A DNA stretch of 64,000 nucleotides, from contig JAEWRW010000020.1 in NCBI GenBank assembly GCA_023398815.1, positions 66,474-130,473 on the forward strand, in the 5' to 3' direction. Made by a program: the position numbers and the translations under genes. This DNA comes from Bacillota bacterium (GTDB taxonomy: Bacteria; Bacillota; Clostridia; Christensenellales; UMGS416). Positions 46,195-55,579 of the stretch are shown one piece after another (position 1 is the first letter of the stretch; every line of letters begins with the position of its first letter). The notes under the pieces were generated by a model that ran no database searches, was not told where the DNA came from, and saw only the letters and a program-made list of their open reading frames with translations.

Positions 46195-46845
46195 TTACAA
46201 CTGTTGCAGGCAGTCCCACACGCCGCTGATGTCGGCGCAGACGGCGTCGGCCCCGGCGGCCAGCAGCCGCTCGCGGGGGAAGGACGTCGTCACCGCCACG
46301 CAGCGTGCCCCGGCGGCTTGGGCGGCGGCAATGCCACTCAGAGCATCCTCCACCACCACGCAGCGGGTGGGGTGGACGCCACAGCCCTTGGCCGCCGCCA
46401 GATAGATGTCTGGCGCTGGCTTCTTGGCTGCCACGTCATCGCCGCTCACCAGGGCGGTGAACAGCTCCTCCGGGATGGCCGCTGCCCGCAGGTTCAGCTG
46501 TACCTTCACAAGGTCGGCGGCGCTGGCCAGCGCGATGGCGATGCCAGCTGTCCGCAGGCGGTGGAGCAGCGGCAGTGTGCCTTGGTAGCGGCCAATTCTC
46601 TCGTCCACAATGTTCCCGTAAATCTCATACACTCGCTCTTTCATGCCCGTGTGGTAGGGCACACCATGCAGCTCGGCCACCCCGCCGATGAAGCGATCCT
46701 CCCCCATGCCGGTGAAGGCGTGGAAATCAGCAGCGGCCGCCTCCACCCCAAACTCCCGCAGGCCGCGAATTGCCGCCTCGGTGATGACGGGTTCGCTATT
46801 TACCAGCACGCCATCCATGTCAAAGAGCACCGCATCGAAGTTCAT
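46195..46845 (-). CDS. HAD-IA family hydrolase (phosphatase / beta-phosphoglucomutase-like)
   Basis: Trimmed to ATG (AAGGAG RBS). MNFDAVLFDMDGVLVNSE (motif I DxDG), ALASAA (motif II), KKPAPDIYL, VVEDALSGIAAAQAAG (motif IV). Confidence 0.85.
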   Translation of the reverse strand: MNFDAVLFDMDGVLVNSEPVITEAAIRGLREFGVEAAAADFHAFTGMGEDRFIGGVAELHGVPYHTGMKERVYEIYGNIVDERIGRYQGTLPLLHRLRTAGIAIALASAADLVKVQLNLRAAAIPEELFTALVSGDDVAAKKPAPDIYLAAAKGCGVHPTRCVVVEDALSGIAAAQAAGARCVAVTTSFPRERLLAAGADAVCADISGVWDCLQQL

Positions 46846-46997
46846 TCCATCGCTCCTTGCGTTTTTCGGTATCATACGTCCTTTTCTGCGTATTTACAAC
46901 GCTTACGTAGAATGCACAACCCGGAATCGGCCGAAAATGTATACGGACGCCCAACGGCAGGAAAAATGAAGGGACAATCTCAAGCGTGGGGTGTGGT

Positions 46998-49900
46998 ATG
47001 GAATCGTATTGGCCGCTTCTTGTCGTCGCTATCCTGGTGGTGCTGGTGGGGGCGTTTTTTCTCCTGCGGCGGCGTGGCGGCCAACCCGCCCCCAGCGCTG
47101 CCGCCGTGCAGCTGGATCAGGAGAGCATCCGCGGCGTGGCGGGGAACCTGGCCCGCAGCCAGCGGGCGGAGGACGGTGCCGACCATCTCTCCGCCGGGCA
47201 GCTGGAGGAGGCCGTCGAGGCCATCCGCCAGGCTCACCGATTGCTGGCGTCCATCCCCGAGGATGAAGACTTGGTGCCGGCGGGGCGGTGGATCCTGGAT
47301 AACTTCTTTCTGTTGGAGCAGGAGTGCCACCGGGTGCGGAGCCTCTTGCAGGCCGGCCCCGAACGCCTGCCCATCGTTCGTACTGATGGTTGTCCTCGGG
47401 TGCTCTGGCTGTCGGACAGCTTGCTGAGCTACACCAATGGCCGGCTGGACTCTGACACGCTGACCATGTACCTCAACGAATACCAGAAGAAATCTCCCCT
47501 GACGGTGAAGGAGCTGTGGATTCTGCCGGCCTTCCTGCGGCTGGCGGTTCTGAAGCGCGTGGCCGAGGTCGCCGTGGCCTGCGTTGACACCCAAAAGCAG
47601 TGGGACGGGGCCGAGACCCTGGCAGACTTCATGCTCTCCACCTCGGGGGACGAAGTGGCCTGGCAGATTCATATCCGCCGCATCCCCTGGATGCGCCAGG
47701 ACAATTTAGGCGGTGCGTTCCTGGAGCGGCTGTCCGTGCGCCTGATGGAACAGGGCGAAAACGCCGGGCAGGCCCTGGGCTGGCTTGACCAGTTGCTGAG
47801 CGAGCGCGGCTTCATCCTGGAGGATCAGATTGCCAGCTCTCACCACCGGCAGAGCATGGAAAAGCTGCTCATCGGCAACTGCATGGACAGCCTGCGATTC
47901 CTGGATGCCCTTAACTGGCTGGATCTCTTCCGCGAGGTCAGCGTGGTGGAGAGAACACTGATGCAGGACCCCAGCGGCGTCTATCCGCGTATGGACGAGC
48001 AGAGCCGCAGCCTTTACCGCCGACGGGTGGAGCGGCTGAGCCAGCGGTGGAAGGTCTCCGAACTGCACCTGACGCGCATGGCAGTGCAGTGCGCAACCGA
48101 GCACGCCGCCAGCGCCTACGAAAAGGAACGGCACATCGGCTTCTACCTCATTGGCGATGGGCTGCCACAGCTGGCGGGCAAGGTGCGCGGTAAACCGCCT
48201 GCCAACCGCCCCGGCCTGCGGCTGACGGCCTACGCCGGGGATATCTGGGCGGTGGCGGTGGTGTTGGCCGTGCTGGCGGCGTGGCTGCTGCCCGGGTGGG
48301 GCCTTCGTGTTCCCTTCCTGCTGGCAGCGGTGCTGACAGCCACCAAGCTCACCGTGTTCCTGGTGGACGAGACCGTGCGTCGCCACGTGCCCAGCGAGGT
48401 CATTCCCGCGCTGGACTTGAAGGACGGCATCCCCGACGAGGGCCGTACGGTCGTGGTTATCCCGGCGCTCGTGACGGACGAGGGGCGGCTGCAGGCTCTA
48501 TTGGGGCAGCTGGAGACACTCTATCTGCGGCATGGCGGGCAGAACCTACGCTACTGCCTGCTGGCCGATTTCCGCGACTCCGCCCAGCCCGACGCCGCCC
48601 AGGATGACCGGTTGCTGCGGCTGGGCCAGCAGGGGATGGAGGCACTCAACCAAACCTACGAGGCCGACCACTTCTTCTTCCTCATCCGCCGGCGGGTGTT
48701 CTGCCCCGCTGAGGACGTTTACATGGGGCGGGAGCGTAAGCGCGGCGCGCTGGAGGATTTCAACCGCCTGCTGTTGACCGGCGATGCCGGGCCGTTCCTG
48801 GAGCTGGATACCCGCCCCGATGGCCTTGCGGACGCGCGCTACGTGCTGACGCTGGACGCCGACACCGAGCTGCCCCACGACTGTGCCGCCCGGCTCATTG
48901 GCATGATGCTGCACCCCCTGAACCGCCCGGAGGTGAAGAACGGTGCGGTGCGGCGGGGGTACGGCTTGCTGCAGCCCCGGGTGGAGATGGCCTCGGGCGC
49001 GTCGCGCCAATCGGCCTTTGCCGCGGTGTTCACCGGCCAATGCGGCCTGGATCACTACACCGGCGCGGTGGCCGATGCCTACCAGGATCTCTTCGGCGAG
49101 GGCATCTTCACCGGCAAGGGCATCTACGACCTGGCCGTCTTCCACGAGGTGCTGGATGGCGCACTGCCCGAGAACCGGGTGCTCTCCCACGACCTCATCG
49201 AGGGAAGCTACGTGCGTGCGGGCTTTGTCAGCGACAGCGCCGTCGTCGATGGCTTTCCCTCCACCGTCCACTCCTACTTTGCCCGCATGCATCGGTGGAT
49301 TCGAGGGGATTGGCAGCTCATCGGGTGGCTGGGGCGGAAGGCCCCCGGCGGCCGACCCAACCCCATCAACCGCTTGTCGCGGCACAAGCTGGGCGACAAC
49401 CTGCGCCGGTCGCTGGTGCCCATTGGGCAGGTGGCGGCGCTGCTGCTGGCCACGACAGGCGGGCGGCTGTGGGCGGGGCTGGCGCTGGTGTTCCTCAGTG
49501 AGGCCACGCCCGCGCTGGTGGGCCTGTGCAGCCGGTTGCGGCGGCGGGCCGGCGGCACGGCGGGGCTGGCGCTGCGGGCCTCCCGGGCGGATTTGCAGCG
49601 GCCGTTCTACAACCTGCTCTTTCTGCCCCAGGAGGCTTGGACGGCTCTCCACGCCATCGCCACCAGCCTGTGGCGCATGGCGGTCAGCCGCAAGCACCTA
49701 CTGCAATGGACGACGGCGGCTGACGCCGAGCGCGGGCGGCCAAAGACCGTTGGCGCCACCTGGCGGGCGCTGTGGGTGTGCCCGGCTGCGGCGGTGGTGC
49801 TGGCGGCGCTGGCGCTGCTGGCCCCGGGCTGGGGCGGGCGGGCCTGGGGTGTGGTTGGCCTGCTGTGGTTGCTGGCCCCCGCGGTTGCCTGGCGCATCAG

Positions 49901-52900
49901 CCAGCCCATCCGCGAGGAACGGGAGGAACTGACCGACGAACAGCGCCGCGCCGTGCGCCTGGTGGCCCGGCGTACCTGGCATTACTACGAGCGCTTTGTG
50001 ACCGCCGAGGAGCACTACCTCGCGCCGGATAACTTTCAGGAGTACCCATTCAAGGGTGTGGCGGCCCGCACGTCGCCCACCAACATCGGGCTCTCGCTGG
50101 TGGCCAATGCTGCGGCGATGGACCTGGGGTATCTGACGCCCCGGCGCATGCTGGAGCGGACGGCCCAGACGCTGGAGACGATGAACGGCCTGCAAAAGTG
50201 GCAGGGGCACCTCTACAACTGGTATGACACCCGCACTAACGAACCACTGCGGCCGCTCTATGTCTCCACCGTAGACAGCGGCAACCTGATGGCCTACCTG
50301 CTGCTGGCGGCGGAAGCGGCGGAGGAAGCCGGCGGGGGGCCTCTCTTCCGCACTGCCTGCGTGGATGGCCTGGTGGATACCATCCGCGCGCTGTGCGAGA
50401 AGAAGCCAGACGAGCGTCTGCTGGGCTTCGCGGATGAACTCATGGCGCTGGGGCGGCAGGGGTCGCTCAAGACCCTGGCCGAGTTGGCTGACCGCATTGC
50501 CGGGGCGGCCAGCGACCTCACCAGCAAGTGGGCAGGGCTGCTGACCGACCAGGTGGACGACCTGATGGATGAGTTGGAGCCGGTGGCAGAGGCCATGACC
50601 CTGCTGGCCGAGGCAGGCGAAGCCCCCGCTGGTGACTGGGAGACGCTGGCGTCCCCCGCCGCCTGGCAGGAGGGCGGCATGGTGGAGCGAGCGATTGCAG
50701 CGGCCCAGGCCAAGGGTGAGCAACCTCGCCTGCAGGAGCTGCTGGTGCGCCTGCGAGATCGCTTTGACGAGAGACGATCCCTGGGGGTGGAGCTGGCCAG
50801 CCGCCTGCGCCGCGCTGCCGGGGAGATGAACCTGCAGGCCCTCTACGACCGCAGCCGCGACCTTTTCCACATCGGCTGCAACGTGGAGCAGAGCAAACTC
50901 AGCAACTCCTACTACGATCTGCTGGCATCAGAGGCGCGGCTGACGAGCCTCATCGCCGTGGGGTGGGGCCGGGTGCCGGCGCGCCACTGGCGCAAGCTGG
51001 GCCGGGCGCTGACGCTGGCCGGCGGCGGCGTGCCGCTCTTGTCTTGGGGCGGCACCATGTTTGAATACCTGATGCCCGCGCTCACCGTGCGGCACCCCTC
51101 CTGCACCCTGCTGGGGGAGACCGTCCGCGCCATCGTGGCCTGCCAACAGCAGTACGGCCAGGCCAAGGGCGTGCCCTGGGGCATCTCTGAGTCAGGCTAC
51201 CACGAGTTTGACCTCAACCTAAATTACCAGTACCGATCCTTCGGCGTGCCGGCACTGGGCATGCGCGCTGGCCTTGCGCGGGATCTGGTCATCGCGCCTT
51301 ACGCGTCGCTCATGGCACTGCCCTTTGCCCCGGTCGCCGCGGTGGAGAACATGAACCGCCTTATCACCCTGGGGATGCTGGGGGAGTATGGCATGTATGA
51401 GGCCATGGACTACACCCCCGAGCGCCGGCAGGAGAAGGACCCTTTCAAGATTGTGAAAAGCTACATGGTGCACCACCAGGGCATGGCGCTGGCGGCGATG
51501 GACAACCTGCTGTGCGATGACGCGCTGCAGCGGCGCTTCCATCGCATCCCGCAGGTGCGCTCGGTGGAGCTGCTGATGGAGGAACGCGCCCCCAGCCAGG
51601 GAACGGTGCTGGAGCGGTACGAGGCCGAGGAGAGCGCCCCCCGGGGCCGCAAGCCGCGGGAGGTGCGCATGGTGCGCACCATCCCTAGTGGCGAAGGCCT
51701 GTGGCCGCCGGAGACGCACCTTCTTTCCAACGGCAGCTACGTGGTGCAGATCGCCGCCAGCGGGGCGGGGCAGAGCAGGTGGGAGGGCCTCTCGCTCAAT
51801 CGTTGGCGGGACGACGCCGTGACCCAGGACTGGGGCGTGTTCTTCTATGTGAAGGACCAGGAGGACGGCCGGGTGTGGACGACGACATCCCAGCCCCACG
51901 TCGCCCCACCGGACGAGTACGAAACGGTGTTTGAGCCCCATATGGCACTCTTTCGCCGGCGGGATGGAGACGTGGCCACCTGCACCGAGCTCTGTGTGCT
52001 GCCCGACAGCCCCAGCGAGGTGCGGCGGCTGACGTTCTCCAACCGTGGGGAGCGCCCCCGGCAGCTGGAGGTGACCGCCTACTTTGAACTGTGCCTGAAC
52101 GCCCAGGCCGCCGATGAGGCCCACACGGCATTCCAGAACCTCTTCGTGCAGACCGAGGTATTGCCCGAGGCCGGCGTGGTGCTGGCCCGCCGCCGCCCGC
52201 GCGACACCAAGGAGGGTACCCCTTACCTGGCCTGCCGCTTTGTGGGGCAGGGGCCTATCGCGCCGGTACAGTTTGATACCTCACGGGAGGCATGCCTGGG
52301 CCGGGGGCACACGGTGCGCAACCCCGCGTTCATCCAGGGTGGCCGGGTGCTGGGCAGCACCGAGGGCAACGTGCTGGACCCCGCCATCTGCCTGCGGGCC
52401 ACGGTGACGCTGCCGGCCAATGCCACGGTGTGCCTCACGTTTCTCATGAGCTGCGGGTGGGACCGGCAGAAGGTGCTGGCCCTCTCGGAGTCGCTGGCCA
52501 ACGCCGGCGCCATCGACCGGGCCTTTGAGATGGCCTGGACCCAGGAACAGGCCAACATGCGGTACCTGGGTGTCAAGACCAACCAACTGCGGCTCTTCGC
52601 GGCCATGACCTCTGCGGTGCTCTACAGCCAGCCGGTGGCCCGGGTGCGACACCCCATGTTGGAGTCGGTGCCCGCCGGGCAGAGCGCCCTGTGGCAGATG
52701 GGCATCTCCGGCGATCTGCCCATCGTTCTTGTTAAGGTGGGGGAGATGGAACACCTGGAGTCGGTCAAGCACCTGCTGCTGGCCCATGCTTGGTGGCGCT
52801 TTAAGGGCCTGGCCGTCGATCTGGTGTTGCTCAATGAATACGGCAACGACTACCGCCGACCGATCCTCGACCGCCTGCATGACGTGGTGATGGCCAGCCA

Positions 52901-55526
52901 TGAGCGTGAGCACCTCAACAAACGTGGCGGCATCCACCTGCTGACGACCAACCAACTGAAACCCGAAGCGCTGCGCACGCTGCTGGCGGCGGCCCGTTGC
53001 GTGCTCAAGGCCGGACAGCCGCTGACGCCCCAGCTGCGCCCGCTGCTGGCCGGGCAGGCCGCCCCGCCCCCGCGGGAACGCGTCCTGCCAGAGCGCTGGG
53101 AGGAAGCGCCGCTGTCGGAGGTCGAGACCGTCTTCGACAACGGCACCGGCGGTTTTGCCACCGGGGGGGAGGAGTACGTCATCCGCCTGGAGGAGGGACT
53201 TACCACGCCGCTGCCCTGGTGCAATGTGCTGGCCAACCCCACCTTTGGCCTGGTGGCCACCGAGGCTGGCCCCGGCTACACCTGGCGGGGGAACAGCCGG
53301 GAGAACAAGCTGACCCCCTGGTACAACGACCCGGTGACGGGCCGCGCGGGGGAGGCCCTGTACCTGCGGGACCGCGATACCGGCGACTTCTGGAGCCTGT
53401 CCGCCGCACCGGCTCGGGGCAAGGGGCCCTATCGTGTGCGCCACGGCCAGGGGTGGACGACCTACGAGTACGGCGGCTACGGCCTCTCGCAGGAGTACAC
53501 GATCTTCGTGCCGGTGGAGGGCAATGTCCGCGTGGGGCTGGTCAAAGTCTTCAACCCCGGCCCCCGCGCGCGGGAGATTGACCTCACCTGGTACTGCGAC
53601 TTTGTGCTGGGGGTTGCGCGGGAGCAGACCGCGCCATTCCTCGCTGTGCACCGTGATGGCCAAACCGGCGCCCTGTGGGTGGAGAATGGCTACCGCGATG
53701 AGGAGCGCGGCCAGCGACTGTTCTTTGCAATTCCTGGGCAGGAGACGACCTACACTGCCAGCCGCACCGAGTTTCTGGGCGTGCCCGGCACGCTGGAGAA
53801 CCCCGCCGGCATGTACCGGCAGGAGCTCTCCGGCAGCCTCGGCGTGGGCCTGGGGGGCTGCGGCGCGCTGCGTTTTGCCTTGCGCATTCCGCCGGGGCTG
53901 TCGCGGCAGGTCGTGCTGCTCCTGGGGCAGGAGGAATCGCTGGAGGAGTGCCGGCGCACCATTGGGCGCTTCGGCGGCGTCGACCAGGCCAAGGCCGCCC
54001 TGCGGGAGGTCTGCCAGCAGTGGAACCGCGAGCTTTCGGCCTTCCGCGTCAAAACGCCCGACAGTGCCATGGATCTGATGGTCAACCGCTGGTTGCTCTA
54101 CCAAACCAAGGCGGCCCGGGTGCTGGGCCGTGCAGGGTTCTACCAGGCGGGTGGGGCGATCGGCTTCCGCGACCAACTGCAGGACATGCTGAGCCTGATG
54201 TGGACCGACCCCGACGGCGTGCGTGAGCACATTGTGGAGAGCGCCGCCCACCAGTTTGAGGGTGGCGACGTGCAGCACTGGTGGCACCCGCCCACTCGCG
54301 GGGTGCGCACCCACATCACCGACGATCTGGTGTTCCTGCCCTTTGTCACCGCGGATTACATTGAGCACACCGGCGACGTGGCGATCCTCGATGAGGATGT
54401 GTTCTACCTGAAGGACGTGCCCATCCCAGAAGGACAGGAGGATTGGTACGGCGTGGCTGAAGTGTCGGAGGTGTCGGAGCCCCTGTACCTGCACTGCCTG
54501 CGGGCCCTGCGGCGGGCGGCGCGCACCGGCGAGCATGGGTTGCCCCTCATCGGCACCGGCGATTGGAACGACGCCATGAACTCGGTGGGCGACGAAGGCC
54601 GGGGGGAGAGCGTGTGGCTTGGCTGGTTCCTGAGCGTCACCCAGCGGCGCTTCGCCACCGTCATCCGGCGCATTGGCCTGGGCGAGGACGCCGACGAACT
54701 GGAGAAAGGTGCCGCCGCGCTGGAGGCTGCGCTGGAGGAGCATGGTTGGGACGGCGCGTGGTACCGGCGGGCGTTCTTCGACGACGGCACGCCGCTGGGT
54801 TCGGCCATCAACGACGAGTGCCGCATTGACTGCATCTCCCAGGCCTGGGCGGCCATCTCGGGCCGGGGCAACCCCCAACGGGTGCAGAGCGCCATGCAGG
54901 CGGTGGAGAAGCATCTGGTGAGCTGGGAGGACGGCATCCTGCGCCTGCTGTGGCCGCCCTTTGCCAATACGGCCCAGGAGCCGGGCTACATCAAGGGGTA
55001 TCTGGCCGGTGTGCGGGAGAATGGCGGCCAGTACACCCACGGCGCGCTGTGGGCGGTGTGGGCCTATGCCGCCATGGGCCTGGGGGATATGGCCTGGCGG
55101 CTGCTCTACATGCTCAACCCCATCCAGCACGGCGGGTCGCCCATGGGGCGCGACCGCTACAAAGCTGAGCCCTACGTGGTGGCGGCCGACGTCTACTCCA
55201 TGCCGCCACTGACTGGCCGAGGCGGGTGGACGTGGTACACCGGTTCGGCGTCGTGGATGTACCGCATCGCTATGGAGGAGCTGCTGGGCCTGAAGTGGTT
55301 CGGGGATCATATTGTCATTGAGCCGTGCATCCCGGCCATCTGGCGGGAGTACACGATGGAGGCCCGCCACGGCAACACGCGCTACCTCATCCGGGTGGAG
55401 AATGCTCGCGGTGTCTGCACCGGCGTGCGCCAGGTCATCCTCGATGGTGCGGCCCTGCCGGAGAACAAGATCCCCCTGACTGGCGACGGCGAGACCCACC
55501 ACATCCACGTGCTGATGGGTCGGTGA
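46998..55526 (+). CDS. cyclic beta-1,2-glucan synthase-like giant multidomain protein (TM regions + GT84-like glycosyltransferase + central alpha-barrel region + GH94-like phosphorylase domain)
   Basis: About 2840 aa. GT motifs are VVVIPALV, LTLDADTELP, LLQPRVE and SHDLIEGSYVRAGFVSD...RWIRGDWQ. The central region has RTSPTNIGLSL...LYNWYDT...VSTVDSGNL. The C-terminal GH94-like region has GFRDQLQD, QHWWHP, IGTGDWNDAMN, GESVWLGWF, GGQYTHGALW and GGWTWYTGSASWMYR. Confidence 0.85.
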   Translation: MESYWPLLVVAILVVLVGAFFLLRRRGGQPAPSAAAVQLDQESIRGVAGNLARSQRAEDGADHLSAGQLEEAVEAIRQAHRLLASIPEDEDLVPAGRWILDNFFLLEQECHRVRSLLQAGPERLPIVRTDGCPRVLWLSDSLLSYTNGRLDSDTLTMYLNEYQKKSPLTVKELWILPAFLRLAVLKRVAEVAVACVDTQKQWDGAETLADFMLSTSGDEVAWQIHIRRIPWMRQDNLGGAFLERLSVRLMEQGENAGQALGWLDQLLSERGFILEDQIASSHHRQSMEKLLIGNCMDSLRFLDALNWLDLFREVSVVERTLMQDPSGVYPRMDEQSRSLYRRRVERLSQRWKVSELHLTRMAVQCATEHAASAYEKERHIGFYLIGDGLPQLAGKVRGKPPANRPGLRLTAYAGDIWAVAVVLAVLAAWLLPGWGLRVPFLLAAVLTATKLTVFLVDETVRRHVPSEVIPALDLKDGIPDEGRTVVVIPALVTDEGRLQALLGQLETLYLRHGGQNLRYCLLADFRDSAQPDAAQDDRLLRLGQQGMEALNQTYEADHFFFLIRRRVFCPAEDVYMGRERKRGALEDFNRLLLTGDAGPFLELDTRPDGLADARYVLTLDADTELPHDCAARLIGMMLHPLNRPEVKNGAVRRGYGLLQPRVEMASGASRQSAFAAVFTGQCGLDHYTGAVADAYQDLFGEGIFTGKGIYDLAVFHEVLDGALPENRVLSHDLIEGSYVRAGFVSDSAVVDGFPSTVHSYFARMHRWIRGDWQLIGWLGRKAPGGRPNPINRLSRHKLGDNLRRSLVPIGQVAALLLATTGGRLWAGLALVFLSEATPALVGLCSRLRRRAGGTAGLALRASRADLQRPFYNLLFLPQEAWTALHAIATSLWRMAVSRKHLLQWTTAADAERGRPKTVGATWRALWVCPAAAVVLAALALLAPGWGGRAWGVVGLLWLLAPAVAWRISQPIREEREELTDEQRRAVRLVARRTWHYYERFVTAEEHYLAPDNFQEYPFKGVAARTSPTNIGLSLVANAAAMDLGYLTPRRMLERTAQTLETMNGLQKWQGHLYNWYDTRTNEPLRPLYVSTVDSGNLMAYLLLAAEAAEEAGGGPLFRTACVDGLVDTIRALCEKKPDERLLGFADELMALGRQGSLKTLAELADRIAGAASDLTSKWAGLLTDQVDDLMDELEPVAEAMTLLAEAGEAPAGDWETLASPAAWQEGGMVERAIAAAQAKGEQPRLQELLVRLRDRFDERRSLGVELASRLRRAAGEMNLQALYDRSRDLFHIGCNVEQSKLSNSYYDLLASEARLTSLIAVGWGRVPARHWRKLGRALTLAGGGVPLLSWGGTMFEYLMPALTVRHPSCTLLGETVRAIVACQQQYGQAKGVPWGISESGYHEFDLNLNYQYRSFGVPALGMRAGLARDLVIAPYASLMALPFAPVAAVENMNRLITLGMLGEYGMYEAMDYTPERRQEKDPFKIVKSYMVHHQGMALAAMDNLLCDDALQRRFHRIPQVRSVELLMEERAPSQGTVLERYEAEESAPRGRKPREVRMVRTIPSGEGLWPPETHLLSNGSYVVQIAASGAGQSRWEGLSLNRWRDDAVTQDWGVFFYVKDQEDGRVWTTTSQPHVAPPDEYETVFEPHMALFRRRDGDVATCTELCVLPDSPSEVRRLTFSNRGERPRQLEVTAYFELCLNAQAADEAHTAFQNLFVQTEVLPEAGVVLARRRPRDTKEGTPYLACRFVGQGPIAPVQFDTSREACLGRGHTVRNPAFIQGGRVLGSTEGNVLDPAICLRATVTLPANATVCLTFLMSCGWDRQKVLALSESLANAGAIDRAFEMAWTQEQANMRYLGVKTNQLRLFAAMTSAVLYSQPVARVRHPMLESVPAGQSALWQMGISGDLPIVLVKVGEMEHLESVKHLLLAHAWWRFKGLAVDLVLLNEYGNDYRRPILDRLHDVVMASHEREHLNKRGGIHLLTTNQLKPEALRTLLAAARCVLKAGQPLTPQLRPLLAGQAAPPPRERVLPERWEEAPLSEVETVFDNGTGGFATGGEEYVIRLEEGLTTPLPWCNVLANPTFGLVATEAGPGYTWRGNSRENKLTPWYNDPVTGRAGEALYLRDRDTGDFWSLSAAPARGKGPYRVRHGQGWTTYEYGGYGLSQEYTIFVPVEGNVRVGLVKVFNPGPRAREIDLTWYCDFVLGVAREQTAPFLAVHRDGQTGALWVENGYRDEERGQRLFFAIPGQETTYTASRTEFLGVPGTLENPAGMYRQELSGSLGVGLGGCGALRFALRIPPGLSRQVVLLLGQEESLEECRRTIGRFGGVDQAKAALREVCQQWNRELSAFRVKTPDSAMDLMVNRWLLYQTKAARVLGRAGFYQAGGAIGFRDQLQDMLSLMWTDPDGVREHIVESAAHQFEGGDVQHWWHPPTRGVRTHITDDLVFLPFVTADYIEHTGDVAILDEDVFYLKDVPIPEGQEDWYGVAEVSEVSEPLYLHCLRALRRAARTGEHGLPLIGTGDWNDAMNSVGDEGRGESVWLGWFLSVTQRRFATVIRRIGLGEDADELEKGAAALEAALEEHGWDGAWYRRAFFDDGTPLGSAINDECRIDCISQAWAAISGRGNPQRVQSAMQAVEKHLVSWEDGILRLLWPPFANTAQEPGYIKGYLAGVRENGGQYTHGALWAVWAYAAMGLGDMAWRLLYMLNPIQHGGSPMGRDRYKAEPYVVAADVYSMPPLTGRGGWTWYTGSASWMYRIAMEELLGLKWFGDHIVIEPCIPAIWREYTMEARHGNTRYLIRVENARGVCTGVRQVILDGAALPENKIPLTGDGETHHIHVLMGR

Positions 55527-55579
55527 GTTGCCTGTGCCCCGCCCCCGTGCTATGATACGCAAGACTGGAGGTGGGGCCG

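Noticed and set aside
46876-46997. Possible riboswitch (e.g. c-di-GMP) in the divergent region upstream of the glucan synthase gene
   Set aside because: I could not find conserved GEMM-type or other riboswitch core motifs by eye. Only an Rfam scan could settle this.
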